This document shows positions 29,951 through 38,945 of a stretch of 64,000 bases of DNA, one piece after another; the stretch's first letter is position 1; the number at the start of each line of letters is the position of its first letter. The notes below the pieces were generated by a model. That model searched no databases. It had not been told where the DNA came from and worked only from the letters and a program-made list of their open reading frames with translations. Both the position numbers and the translations under genes were made by a program. The stretch spans positions 192,001-256,000 of the forward strand of contig JBILLK010000001.1 in NCBI GenBank assembly GCA_044376115.1. Reading direction: 5' to 3'. Source of the stretch: Polyangiaceae bacterium (GTDB lineage: Bacteria > Myxococcota_A > Polyangia > Polyangiales > Polyangiaceae).

Positions 29951-31599
29951 CGCGCACCTCCAGCAGGAGCAGCCGCGTTCGGTGAGGAAGCTCCACCGGC
30001 CTTGCTCAAGGGATCCCAGCCGAGGCCGTAGGGAATGAGACGGTTCTGGTAGTAGAGCAGGAGCTCCGGATCGAGGATGGCGATACCGTCCCTGCGCGAT
30101 TCGAGCACCGGCACCGAGTGATACCCGCCGAACGCCCGCAGCGCTCGCTCGATCAAATCGCCGCCCGACGCTGCGCGCACGAACTCACCGCACACGACCT
30201 GGCCCGCCTTCTCGAGCTCGAGCAGCAGCTCCTTGAGGTGACGCACGTCGGCGGCCAGCTCATCTCGCGGAATCACCACGTTGTCGCGTTGGCGCAAAAC
30301 GGTGAATAGGTCGGGGCGCGGTGAGGCTTTGCGCAGCCGCGCGAAACATGCCGATGCGACCAAATGCGTCGACATGATGACGGTGTTACGCGCGTAGGAA
30401 GCACAAATCTCCTCACCGAGTTCACGCGTGTATTGGGCGTCGCGATGAGCGTCCACTACGGCGCGCCCCTCGGTGTCACGGATGTAGCTTGCGGGATCGA
30501 TCGTCCGGCCGCGACGGTCGAGCGAGTTACCTTCATCATCGACAGCGTTACCGAATGGATCGATCGGCTCACCGAAGCGAATCACCACCGACCCGTTCAT
30601 CCCCAACAGCTTGCGCATGAAGGTCGTGACGCGTGAAAGTCGGCTCGATTCGTCGTCCTCGATGATGTAGCGGCTCTTGCCCGTCTCAGAGAGGAAGTCA
30701 CGAATGAGCGTCTCCGCCTCGAGCGTGATCAAGTAGTTGATCGTCGAAGGCACGAAGTAGATGCGCCGCTCACGACCGGCTCGCACCGTCCTCGCATAGG
30801 CTTCGAGCGCGCTGCCTACGAGCCCAAGCTTGAGCCGCGGCTCGACTCCGCCCGAACGCGAACGGGTACCGCCGGGGAAGAAGAGGGAGTGGTAACCGCG
30901 CTCGAGCAGCACGCACGAATAAGTCTTCAGCACGTCCTTGTAGAGCGCGTGCCGGAGCCGACGATCGACTCGGTAAGCACCGAGGTTGTGCATGAAGAAC
31001 GAGAGGATCGGGTTGGTGAACAGGTTCTTCCCAGCGCCATAGGTCGCCGGCGGTAGACCCGCTCGTTCGAGCGCGTAGCCGAACACGATCGAATCCATAT
31101 TCGACAGGTGCGTCGGCACGAAGACGAGCACGCCCTTCTTCGAGATGCGCTGCAGCTTGTCGATCGCCCCCTCGACTTTGACCTTGTCCGATAGCGCGTC
31201 CAAACTGATGAGTTCGCGCGGATTGCGCACCAAGGTCGCCAAGGTTCGCGGCGCCAGAAGGCCCGTTACGAGGCCCGGAATGATCTTCGTGGAGGCCTTG
31301 TATACGCGCGGATCAAAGTTGCCGGCGACGTCCCAGGCGTAGTCGGAGACCAGCTCGCGAAGGCGCCCCACCCGCTCGTCGTGGGTCATTCGACCGAGGG
31401 TCCGCGCTAGGCGTTGCCAATCCGCGTGACGCTCTTGGTCCTTCTTCTTGAGTGACCCCTCGAGCCGCTTGATCTCGTTGTAGGCCGCGTCATTGAGCAG
31501 GAACAACGGATCGGCCGAACCCTCGACCACCCGGTCAACTACCTCACGAACGATATCTTCGCGGGCTGCGTTAAATCCAAAAATAGGGGGCTCTGCCAC
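29947..31599 (-). CDS. Glycerol-3-phosphate acyltransferase (PlsB/GPAT-like)
   Basis: PTHLSNMD (HxxxxD), AGKNL, LGAYRVDR, FFPGGTRSRSG, LKLGL. Confidence 0.85.
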   Translation of the reverse strand: MAEPPIFGFNAAREDIVREVVDRVVEGSADPLFLLNDAAYNEIKRLEGSLKKKDQERHADWQRLARTLGRMTHDERVGRLRELVSDYAWDVAGNFDPRVYKASTKIIPGLVTGLLAPRTLATLVRNPRELISLDALSDKVKVEGAIDKLQRISKKGVLVFVPTHLSNMDSIVFGYALERAGLPPATYGAGKNLFTNPILSFFMHNLGAYRVDRRLRHALYKDVLKTYSCVLLERGYHSLFFPGGTRSRSGGVEPRLKLGLVGSALEAYARTVRAGRERRIYFVPSTINYLITLEAETLIRDFLSETGKSRYIIEDDESSRLSRVTTFMRKLLGMNGSVVIRFGEPIDPFGNAVDDEGNSLDRRGRTIDPASYIRDTEGRAVVDAHRDAQYTRELGEEICASYARNTVIMSTHLVASACFARLRKASPRPDLFTVLRQRDNVVIPRDELAADVRHLKELLLELEKAGQVVCGEFVRAASGGDLIERALRAFGGYHSVPVLESRRDGIAILDPELLLYYQNRLIPYGLGWDPLSKAGGASSPNAAAPAGGAR

Positions 31600-31653
31600 G
31601 CTGTTACCTCGCCGCAGAGGTGTACCAGATTTTTCGCAGATTCGACGCGCTGC

Positions 31654-32418
31654 TTAGAACGAGTCTTTGGCTTTGCGCAGCTGGGCGAAACCGCTCACCG
31701 GATCCGTGAGCCCCAGCGTCGCGAGAAAGCCCGGATCAGCCACGCGCAGAAAGGGGTTGTGCCGCTTCTCGTCGGCGATCGTGCTGGGTACCGTAGCGAT
31801 ACCCGCTGCCCGGGCCTTCTCGGCGCGCGCGAGCAACTCACGCACCGCAGCGTTGTCAGCATCGACCGAAATCGCGAAGCGCGCGTTGGCCACGGTGTAC
31901 TCGTGACCGCAATAAACGCGGGTATCGTCCGGGAGGCTCGCGAGCTCATCGAGCAGCGAGTGGCTCATCATCTTGGCGTCGCCTTCGAACATGCGGCCGC
32001 AGCCCGCGATGAACAGCGTATCTCCGGTGAAGACGGCGTCTCCGATCACGAACGCAACCGCGCCGAGCGTATGACCGGGCACCGAAAGCGCTCGCACCGA
32101 AAGGCCGGCTAGCTCGGCGCCACCGCGGTGAGCGAGCGCTCGAGTGAGCCCCGGGATGCGCTCTCGGTCGTGCTCCGAGCCGACGATCTCGAGCTCTGGC
32201 ACGGCTCGCTTGAGTTCGAGGTTGCCACCGACATGATCGAAGTGATGATGCGTCGAGAGCACCGCGCGCGCGGTGAGACCGCGCTCTGCGAGCGCTGCGA
32301 GCACTGGCGCCGACTCCGACGCATCAACGATCACGGCGTCCGTGCTTCCGAGTTCGTGAACCAGGTAGGCGTAGTTGTCTTGCAGGCAGGGAACAGGGGT
32401 AACGATCACTTGGCTCAT
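31654..32418 (-). CDS. gloB: Hydroxyacylglutathione hydrolase (glyoxalase II)
   Basis: DNYAY, THHHFDHVGG, PGHT, FTGDTLF..GCGR, CGHEYT, NPFLR. Confidence 0.95.
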   Translation of the reverse strand: MSQVIVTPVPCLQDNYAYLVHELGSTDAVIVDASESAPVLAALAERGLTARAVLSTHHHFDHVGGNLELKRAVPELEIVGSEHDRERIPGLTRALAHRGGAELAGLSVRALSVPGHTLGAVAFVIGDAVFTGDTLFIAGCGRMFEGDAKMMSHSLLDELASLPDDTRVYCGHEYTVANARFAISVDADNAAVRELLARAEKARAAGIATVPSTIADEKRHNPFLRVADPGFLATLGLTDPVSGFAQLRKAKDSF

Positions 32419-32491
32419 CGCGGGCTAGTATCGACCAGCTCGGCGCAGTCACCTACTGCCTCCGCGCACGCGGCCGCGTAAAGTAACGGCT

Positions 32492-32971
32492 ATGAACTTC
32501 CGACTCTTGGGGCTACTTGCGAGCCTGGGGCTCACGAGCTGCATCGACACCGACACCGCCATCTTCGTCGAACCCTCGATCGAAAACCCAAGCTTGACCG
32601 TGGTGGACGGACCCCTCGGTGCGACGCTGGGCGGCTCCTTCGACGTGGTACTTCACCTCGGAGCGCGCGCCTCTGGCCCGAGCGAAACCGAGTTCGTTTC
32701 GTTCTCAGTGAAGTCCGCCGATGAATCGGAGGTGCTCGTGGACAACCTGCCGGTCAGCGCCAGCGCGTCCTTGCCGGTCACGGTCGAGCCTGGCGGTGAA
32801 GATGTGATCGTCAGCTTCGAGATCGCGCAGGAGGGCGACGTGCTCGATCCCTCGCTCGTCGACGCCCTGTGCGCTGGTAACGTGGTCTTTTCGGTGGTGA
32901 TCGAGGACTCGCTCAGCACGACGTCCACCCCCGTCGTTAGCGCACCGCTGCAACCTGCTGGCTGCCTGTAG
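32492..32971 (+). CDS. Hypothetical lipoprotein
   Basis: Lipobox LTSC; acidic beta-rich body. Confidence 0.7.
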   Translation: MNFRLLGLLASLGLTSCIDTDTAIFVEPSIENPSLTVVDGPLGATLGGSFDVVLHLGARASGPSETEFVSFSVKSADESEVLVDNLPVSASASLPVTVEPGGEDVIVSFEIAQEGDVLDPSLVDALCAGNVVFSVVIEDSLSTTSTPVVSAPLQPAGCL

Positions 32972-32976
32972 CCGAT

Positions 32977-33519
32977 CTACGGCGCGGCTTTGAGCGCAGC
33001 CTCGAGGATGCTGTCGGGCGACGGTCTGTCAGTCACCGACTCACCGACGTAGGCGAACTTCACCTTCTTGTCCTTGCCGATGACAAACACGCTGGGCACG
33101 GCGATGTCATCCCCGTCCATCGCGACGCCGAAGGCCAGCGCCGCTTTGAGCCCTGGATCGGCCAGCAACGGGTACGTGATGCCAAGCTTGCCAGCGAGGC
33201 CCACCGACTCTTCCAGCGTGTCGACGCTGATCGCTACGAGACTCACTCCTGCGCGATCGAAACGAGCGCTCTCTTCTGCCAACTCACCTAGCTGGCTTCT
33301 GCAGAACGTTCACCATTGCCCTCGGTAAAAGACGACCACTGCAGGTCCTTTCGCCAGAAGGTCTTCGAGCGCGACTTCACCACCCAGGTGACTCTTGAGT
33401 CGGAAGGAGGGCGCGACGGCCTGCTCCGCCACTGAGGGCCCGCGCGTCGACAAGCACGCCGAAGAGAGGCCAACCAAGCCTAGAGCGAAAAGAGCCACGC
33501 CCCATGTGCGCCTGTACAT
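32977..33519 (-). CDS. AhpC/TSA (peroxiredoxin-like, thioredoxin fold) lipoprotein; probable selenoprotein with UxxC (TGA at 33310-33312)
   Basis: ORFs 33310..33519 and 32977..33282 are in the same frame. Read-through gives VFYRGQW*TFCRSQLGEL...VAISVD...YPLLADP...AVPSVFVI. Lipobox LSSAC. Confidence 0.8.
33274..33306 (-). promoter_or_regulatory. Candidate bacterial SECIS hairpin
   Basis: mRNA reads UGA-ACG-UUCUG-CAGAA-GCCAGCU-AGGUG-AGUUGGC-AGAA. A 7-bp stem carries a G-containing loop beginning 20 nt after the UGA. Confidence 0.6.
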
Positions 33520-33643
33520 GGCTCAACGCTATCGCCATACCCCGTGCGCGTCGAGCGACCCCGCGAAATTTGCCTGCAATTTTCGAGGGAATTGCGGCTT
33601 TTGGTGGCCTCCACGCAAGTCGGGGCTATCGTGAGCCCACGCG

Positions 33644-34324
33644 ATGACGACCGAAGAGACCGCCCCCAAGGAGACCGCCCCCAAGAAGACCGCCTTGAAG
33701 AAGAAATCCAAGGAGTCGGACAAAAAGGAGGAGCCGACTTCGAAGGTGCGCAGGCTCGGCCGAGACATCGCCAGCCTGTTGATCTTCCTCGGCGTGGCGC
33801 TCAGCGCTCGAGCCTCCTTGGCGGATCACTACGTCGTGCCCACCGGCTCGATGATCCCGACCGTTCATGAGGGCGATCGCGTGTTCGTCTCCAAGGCGGC
33901 TTACGGCTTTCGCATTCCGCTCTCCGCTACGTGGATTGCTCGTTGGGGCGCGCCGCAGCGCGGTGATGTGGTGGTGCTGCAATCCCCGGTGGAAGACGTG
34001 GTGCTGCTCAAGCGCGTCGTCGCGATCGGCGGGGATGAGGTGCGTGTCGTCAACGGTCACATCTTCCTCAACGGCGTCGAGGCAGAAGCAACGGCCACCG
34101 AGGAGAACCTTGATGGCAAGAAGCACATGGTCTCGCTCAAGGCAGGCGGTGGCCCCGACTTCGGACCGAAGAAAATTCCGGAAGGCCAGGTGCTGGTGAT
34201 GGGTGACAACCGCGGAAACAGCAAGGACGGTCGCATGTTCGGTTTCGTCGACCAATCGGCGGTCCTCGGCCGAGCGGTGTCGATCTATCTGCGTGACGGT
34301 TCTCTCGTGTGGGACAGGCTGTAA
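33644..34324 (+). CDS. lepB: Signal peptidase I
   Basis: VPTGSMIPT, GDRVFVSK, LLKRVVA, MGDNRGNSKDGR. Confidence 0.95.
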   Translation: MTTEETAPKETAPKKTALKKKSKESDKKEEPTSKVRRLGRDIASLLIFLGVALSARASLADHYVVPTGSMIPTVHEGDRVFVSKAAYGFRIPLSATWIARWGAPQRGDVVVLQSPVEDVVLLKRVVAIGGDEVRVVNGHIFLNGVEAEATATEENLDGKKHMVSLKAGGGPDFGPKKIPEGQVLVMGDNRGNSKDGRMFGFVDQSAVLGRAVSIYLRDGSLVWDRL

Positions 34325-34328
34325 CGAG

Positions 34329-37208
34329 TCACTCTGAGCGCCGTTGGCGAAAGGCGAGGCGGCCGAGCGGGGCGAGCTCGGGCAACAGCTCACGGCGCGC
34401 GCGGAAGCCTTCAGTGAGCGGCAGTTGTTCGATTTGGTAGATGAGCTGCGGTTGTTCGGCGCGCGGTAGCCGGGCGATCGCTTCGACCAAACGTTCGGTC
34501 GGGACGAGGTGGCCCGCTACGATCACTGCGGCGACCACCGCCGCACCCTCATGTTCGAGTTTGAACGCTGCCACGCGTTGCAGCTCGGGTAGTTGTGACA
34601 GCGCCGCCTCGACGGCCCGCGTCGACACCATACCGTCTGCAGTCCGCACAAACCCCGCGATATGGTCGACGAGCCACGCGTCACCATCGCTGTCTACACG
34701 CACGATGTCCCCGGTCGCACGGTAGGCATCTCCGGGTCGCCAAACGTTGCGCAGTACGCCTTGCGCTGCTTCATCGGCTGCCACCATCGATAGGAGAACG
34801 CCCGGCTCGTCGACGTCACAACGCACCAAACAGCCGTCGGTGTCACGCAGAAGAGCGCCGTTCTCCACATCGATCTTGACCACGGCGATCGGCGCGCTGC
34901 CTGGCAGTGGCTGGCCCAGCGCGCCGGGCTTTTGCGCCTTGACGTTGGCCATCACCAAGCGCTGGCTGGTCGACGCGTAGAACTCGAGGCTGCGCACACC
35001 GAAGCGCTCTTGCAGCTTCTGCGCGAGGTCGGCGCTCATGCCGCTGCCCGCCACGAGACGCAGCGGCAAACTGCGGTCTCCAGCGCTAGGCTCGCGATGG
35101 AGCAACGGCCGCAACATGTCGCCGGCGTAGAAGGCCACGGTTGCGCCGTAGCGGCGGGTCTCAGCGAGGAACTGCTCGGCGTCGAAGGGCTCCCCCAACG
35201 CGAAGCGCGCACCGCCTGCGAGCGCCGACCCTACGCCCAACAGGATGCCCGAGGGATGGTGCAAGGGGATGCAGGAGTAGACTGTATCCTCGGGCTTGAG
35301 CGTGCATGCGGCGGCGGCGCCCAAGGCTGAGAGCGCCCAGCGGTGGTTGTCGATGGGCGCGCTCCGCAGCGCTCCCGCAGCGTCAGGACGCAGCAGCACC
35401 ATCGCCAAATCCGCGGCTCGGCTTCTGCCGAGCGGAATCGTGGCTGGGATTTTGATCGGCTCGGGATCCACCGTCTCGAGATCCACCGTGCGCGCGCCGA
35501 GCGCCGAGCGCGCGCCGCTGCCGAGCAGCAACACTGGCGCATCCGTGATCGCTTCGGCGAGCTCGAGATGCTCAGCGTCGGCGGTCACGAAGCGAACCTC
35601 CTCGCGCTCGAACGCTGCGCGCAACGAGGCGGGTGAGCTCGAAGGCGGCGCCAAAACGGCCACCGCTCCGAGCCGAGCGAGCGCCGTCACCATGGTCAAG
35701 AAGCTGGGCCGGCTGGCCATCAACACACCGACGCGCTGATTTGGACGAACGCCCTGCGCAAATAGCCCCTTGGTAACGTTGGTCACCCGCGTGTCTGCAG
35801 CGGCGTAGGAGAAGGCTCGACCACGCCAAAGAAAGAAGGTCCCTTCGGGGTCACGCGCGCGCGCCTCGGATAGCGCTGCCGACGGATTGACGATGGTGTC
35901 GGGACCGATCTCCGCCAGACGCCGGAGCCGCGGCTCCTGATAACGAAGCGCGTCGTAGGCATCGCTGGCGGCGGACGCGACCTCGCCAACCCGCTCACCG
36001 AACGCACGCGCTGTGTCACCCAGCGCATCAACGAAGAGCTTGAGCTCCACTTTGGGATCAAAGCCACCGAGCTCTGCCTCTTCCTCCGACACGGCGTTGC
36101 TCGGCGGTGCGACCAAGGCCTGCGGCTTTGGCCCCTGCCCTTCGCGGTAGCGAATCCACTCGGCCACGGTCGGCCAGGTGCGCTTCATCGCCGAAGAACC
36201 AACCACGATGCCGAAGTGCCCCGCTGGAACCGTTACGAACGACACCTCGGCGTGCGGCGCGGCTTTGGAGATCGCGCGGATTGTGGGCGGACGCGCCATG
36301 TCGTCGTGCGCGCCGATGAAGGCCAGCACCGGGCAGCGAATATCCGCCAGCGTCACCGTGCGACCGTGCAGCACGAAACCGCCCGAGAGCATGCGATTGT
36401 GGACGATAAACTGCTCGACGAACTCACGAAAGGCCGGGCCAGGCCAAGCGACGAAGCCTTCCCCGCCTAAGAATCGTCGGCGCGCTTCACGGCGGACCAG
36501 CGCCTGCCGATCATGCAGCTTGGCCAAGAATTCGAGCCGCTGCTCAATCTCTTTTTTGGTGCTTATGACCTTGAACGCCGTGCTCGTGAGCACGCCCGGC
36601 AGACCCGAAATGCCCTTGATCGAGCGCTCGATGATCGGCTCGAACACGCGCACCAACGCAGCGACCGCGTTCTTGTGAATGACCGGCAGGCTCTTGTGCA
36701 GATCAACCGGGCTGCCGAAGGTGACGACCGAACGAACGCCGCTCGATCGAACGAAGGCACAACATTGATAGGCGAACATGCCGCCTTGCGAGTAGCCGAG
36801 CAGATGCACCTCGCGGCCGGTGGTGCGGTTCAAAAAGGAGATCGCCTGGGCGACGGCGAGCACGTGATCATCCAGCGTGCGCGTCATGCCGCCCTCCTCT
36901 CGTTCGGGCGCGCCAAAATCGACTACGTACGGTTGGATGCCGGCCGCACCGAGGCTGCCCACCGCCGAACAATCCGCCTCGATGTCGTAGACCTCGCTGG
37001 TGACCATCAACGGTGGAACCAGCAGCGCAATCGGTGCCTCGCTACGATTGCAGGTCGCATAGCGGCGCAAGCGGAAGTGAGCGCCTTGCTCGACGATCTC
37101 GAACGGCGCGCGATAAGGGTTGCCCAGTCGGCCCGCGCGAATGAGCTCGAGCGCGTTGCGACTCGACGCGAGAGAACGTTGGACCCAACGGCCAGCTGTC
37201 GTTGCCAT
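34329..37208 (-). CDS. Alpha/beta-hydrolase (PhaC-like, Ser nucleophile) fused to an acyl-CoA synthetase-like domain; resembles the mycobacterial Rv1683 family
   Basis: DFGAPEREEGGMTRTLDDH, GYSQGGMF, FGSPVD, AGHFG; C-terminal AMP-binding-like region (YSCIPLHH, YRATGD). Confidence 0.8.
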   Translation of the reverse strand: MATTAGRWVQRSLASSRNALELIRAGRLGNPYRAPFEIVEQGAHFRLRRYATCNRSEAPIALLVPPLMVTSEVYDIEADCSAVGSLGAAGIQPYVVDFGAPEREEGGMTRTLDDHVLAVAQAISFLNRTTGREVHLLGYSQGGMFAYQCCAFVRSSGVRSVVTFGSPVDLHKSLPVIHKNAVAALVRVFEPIIERSIKGISGLPGVLTSTAFKVISTKKEIEQRLEFLAKLHDRQALVRREARRRFLGGEGFVAWPGPAFREFVEQFIVHNRMLSGGFVLHGRTVTLADIRCPVLAFIGAHDDMARPPTIRAISKAAPHAEVSFVTVPAGHFGIVVGSSAMKRTWPTVAEWIRYREGQGPKPQALVAPPSNAVSEEEAELGGFDPKVELKLFVDALGDTARAFGERVGEVASAASDAYDALRYQEPRLRRLAEIGPDTIVNPSAALSEARARDPEGTFFLWRGRAFSYAAADTRVTNVTKGLFAQGVRPNQRVGVLMASRPSFLTMVTALARLGAVAVLAPPSSSPASLRAAFEREEVRFVTADAEHLELAEAITDAPVLLLGSGARSALGARTVDLETVDPEPIKIPATIPLGRSRAADLAMVLLRPDAAGALRSAPIDNHRWALSALGAAAACTLKPEDTVYSCIPLHHPSGILLGVGSALAGGARFALGEPFDAEQFLAETRRYGATVAFYAGDMLRPLLHREPSAGDRSLPLRLVAGSGMSADLAQKLQERFGVRSLEFYASTSQRLVMANVKAQKPGALGQPLPGSAPIAVVKIDVENGALLRDTDGCLVRCDVDEPGVLLSMVAADEAAQGVLRNVWRPGDAYRATGDIVRVDSDGDAWLVDHIAGFVRTADGMVSTRAVEAALSQLPELQRVAAFKLEHEGAAVVAAVIVAGHLVPTERLVEAIARLPRAEQPQLIYQIEQLPLTEGFRARRELLPELAPLGRLAFRQRRSE

Positions 37209-37220
37209 GCGAGCGGCAGG

Positions 37221-38399
37221 TTACCCGATCGGCTCGGGGGTGAGCTCAACCAGCGTTATCTCGGCGGGCGCCCCCACCCTCATCGGTGGTCCCCAGTAGC
37301 CGGTGCCACAGCTGGTGTAGAGCTGGGTCGCCCCGAGTCGCTCAAGCCCGGCGACAAAGCCCTGTTCGAGCTTTACGAAGTAGCCCCAGGGAAAAAACTG
37401 TCCGCCGTGGGTGTGCCCCGAGAGCTGCAGACCCACACCGCGTTTGGCGGCCTCCGGCGCCTGTTTGGGTTGATGGGCGAGCAACACCGTCGCGAGCGCT
37501 GGGTCGACCCCAGCGAGTGCCTTGTCGAGATCTGCACCGTGGCCATTGCCAAACTGATGTGCCTTGTAGTCGTCCACACCGGCGAGGGCGAAGCGAGCCT
37601 CCCCTTGTTCGATCAGCACGTGTTCGTTGCGCAGCGCTTTGATCCCGAGCCGCTCGAGTTCAGCGAGCCACGCATCGACCCCCGAGTAGTACTCGTGATT
37701 GCCAGTCACGAAGAACACCCCGTGTTTGGCCTTGAGTTCAGCCAGCGGCGCTACGTGCGACCCCAACTCGGCGACCGAACCGTCGACGAGATCACCGGTG
37801 ATCGCCACGAGATCGGGCTCGAGCTCATTGACCTGTCGCACCACCTCGGCGAGCCAACGTCCATCGATCGTCGGCCCGATATGGACGTCGGTCAGCTGCA
37901 CGATCTTGAAGCCGCTCATCGAGGCCGGGAGCTTCGCCAGTGCGACCTTCACCCGCTTGACCTGCACCGCCGCAAGCACCTGGGCCAAGCCAAAGCTGCC
38001 CATCCCCACCGCGTAGGCAGCTACGAAGCCGAGCAACGTTCGCGAGAGAAAGGTCCTGCGTGAAGGGTCGGTCGGCACGACGTTGGCTGCGGAGAGCAGC
38101 CCATACACGCCACGCGGTAGCTCCGAGAAGAGCGTCCCGAAGAAGAGGAAGATGATCAGCCCCATCCAGCTGTAGGTGGCGAAGGCGATCCAACTCCCTA
38201 CCTCGCGCGGGAGACGCTGGCTGAGCACGACGCCAACCGGTAACAGCAATGCGCTGAGGCCGAACACCCAGGCGCCGACGCGACGTAGCAGCTCGATCTC
38301 CGGTGCGCGGGCCAAACGCGAGAACAGGTAGTAATGCACACCGCCCATCACCAACGTGATGACGCACAAGAAAATCACGAACTGCTGCCACGACCGCAT
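37221..38399 (-). CDS. Membrane-anchored metallophosphoesterase (YkuE/YaeI-like)
   Basis: TDVH, TGDLVDG, GNHEYY, LAHQP, SGHTHGGQ; N-terminal TM helices. Confidence 0.92.
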   Translation of the reverse strand: MRSWQQFVIFLCVITLVMGGVHYYLFSRLARAPEIELLRRVGAWVFGLSALLLPVGVVLSQRLPREVGSWIAFATYSWMGLIIFLFFGTLFSELPRGVYGLLSAANVVPTDPSRRTFLSRTLLGFVAAYAVGMGSFGLAQVLAAVQVKRVKVALAKLPASMSGFKIVQLTDVHIGPTIDGRWLAEVVRQVNELEPDLVAITGDLVDGSVAELGSHVAPLAELKAKHGVFFVTGNHEYYSGVDAWLAELERLGIKALRNEHVLIEQGEARFALAGVDDYKAHQFGNGHGADLDKALAGVDPALATVLLAHQPKQAPEAAKRGVGLQLSGHTHGGQFFPWGYFVKLEQGFVAGLERLGATQLYTSCGTGYWGPPMRVGAPAEITLVELTPEPIG

Positions 38400-38420
38400 G
38401 GTCGGGACTTTGACCGCTCC

Positions 38421-38945
38421 TTAGTTGAGCCGCAACATGCGTCCAACGAGACGGAAGAGACCTCGGGACGCGGCGCTTATGCGGCTTCCGACGAGATCGA
38501 TCTCGCCGTCTTCGCGGAGCCGCAACGCGGACTTACCACTTCTAAACACAACTTCTCGCTCCGCCTCGATCTCCACCGTCTCTGCCGTAATCTTCAGCTT
38601 CTCTGGGCGCCGACACTGCAGCACCCCCACCACGCTGAGCTCCCCACGTTCATCCGGCTCGACCATCACGCGATCACCGTTCTCGAGCGCGGCTTGCACC
38701 ACCACCGCGTCGACCTCCGCGTCGATCTCTACGTCAATGGGCGAATCTTCACCGCGTAGGACGACGGTGGCACGCCGACCAAAGGTATCCACTAAGCGAG
38801 CCGAGCGCATGCCCAAGCCGATGCGGGCTGGCGCTGCTGCGGGTAGGAACTCCTCCAGCGCCTTTTCCTGCGGCTCCACGGGCTGCAGCTCTTCGGCTGG
38901 GGCGGCCGCCTTGCCGTTGGCTTCATCAGCATCAGACCGGTTCAT
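38421..38945 (-). CDS. Hypothetical protein resembling DUF6484 (VgrG-spike-like beta-strand tail)
   Basis: C-terminus EREVVFRSGKSALRLREDGEIDLVGSRISAASRGLFRLVGRMLRLN; OB-like N-terminal part. Confidence 0.55.
   Translation of the reverse strand: MNRSDADEANGKAAAPAEELQPVEPQEKALEEFLPAAAPARIGLGMRSARLVDTFGRRATVVLRGEDSPIDVEIDAEVDAVVVQAALENGDRVMVEPDERGELSVVGVLQCRRPEKLKITAETVEIEAEREVVFRSGKSALRLREDGEIDLVGSRISAASRGLFRLVGRMLRLN

Noticed and set aside
32977..33519. Calling the Prx-like gene a pseudogene or two separate ORFs
   Set aside because: The only lesion is a TGA at the catalytic Cys position with an adjacent hairpin, so Sec is preferred, though not proven.
36513..38063. Long shadow ORFs (e.g. 36513..38063, 9967..11136, 4950..5939, 61568..62572, 62892..63596)
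   Set aside because: They are antisense to well-supported genes, carry no protein motifs, and are expected in high-GC DNA.
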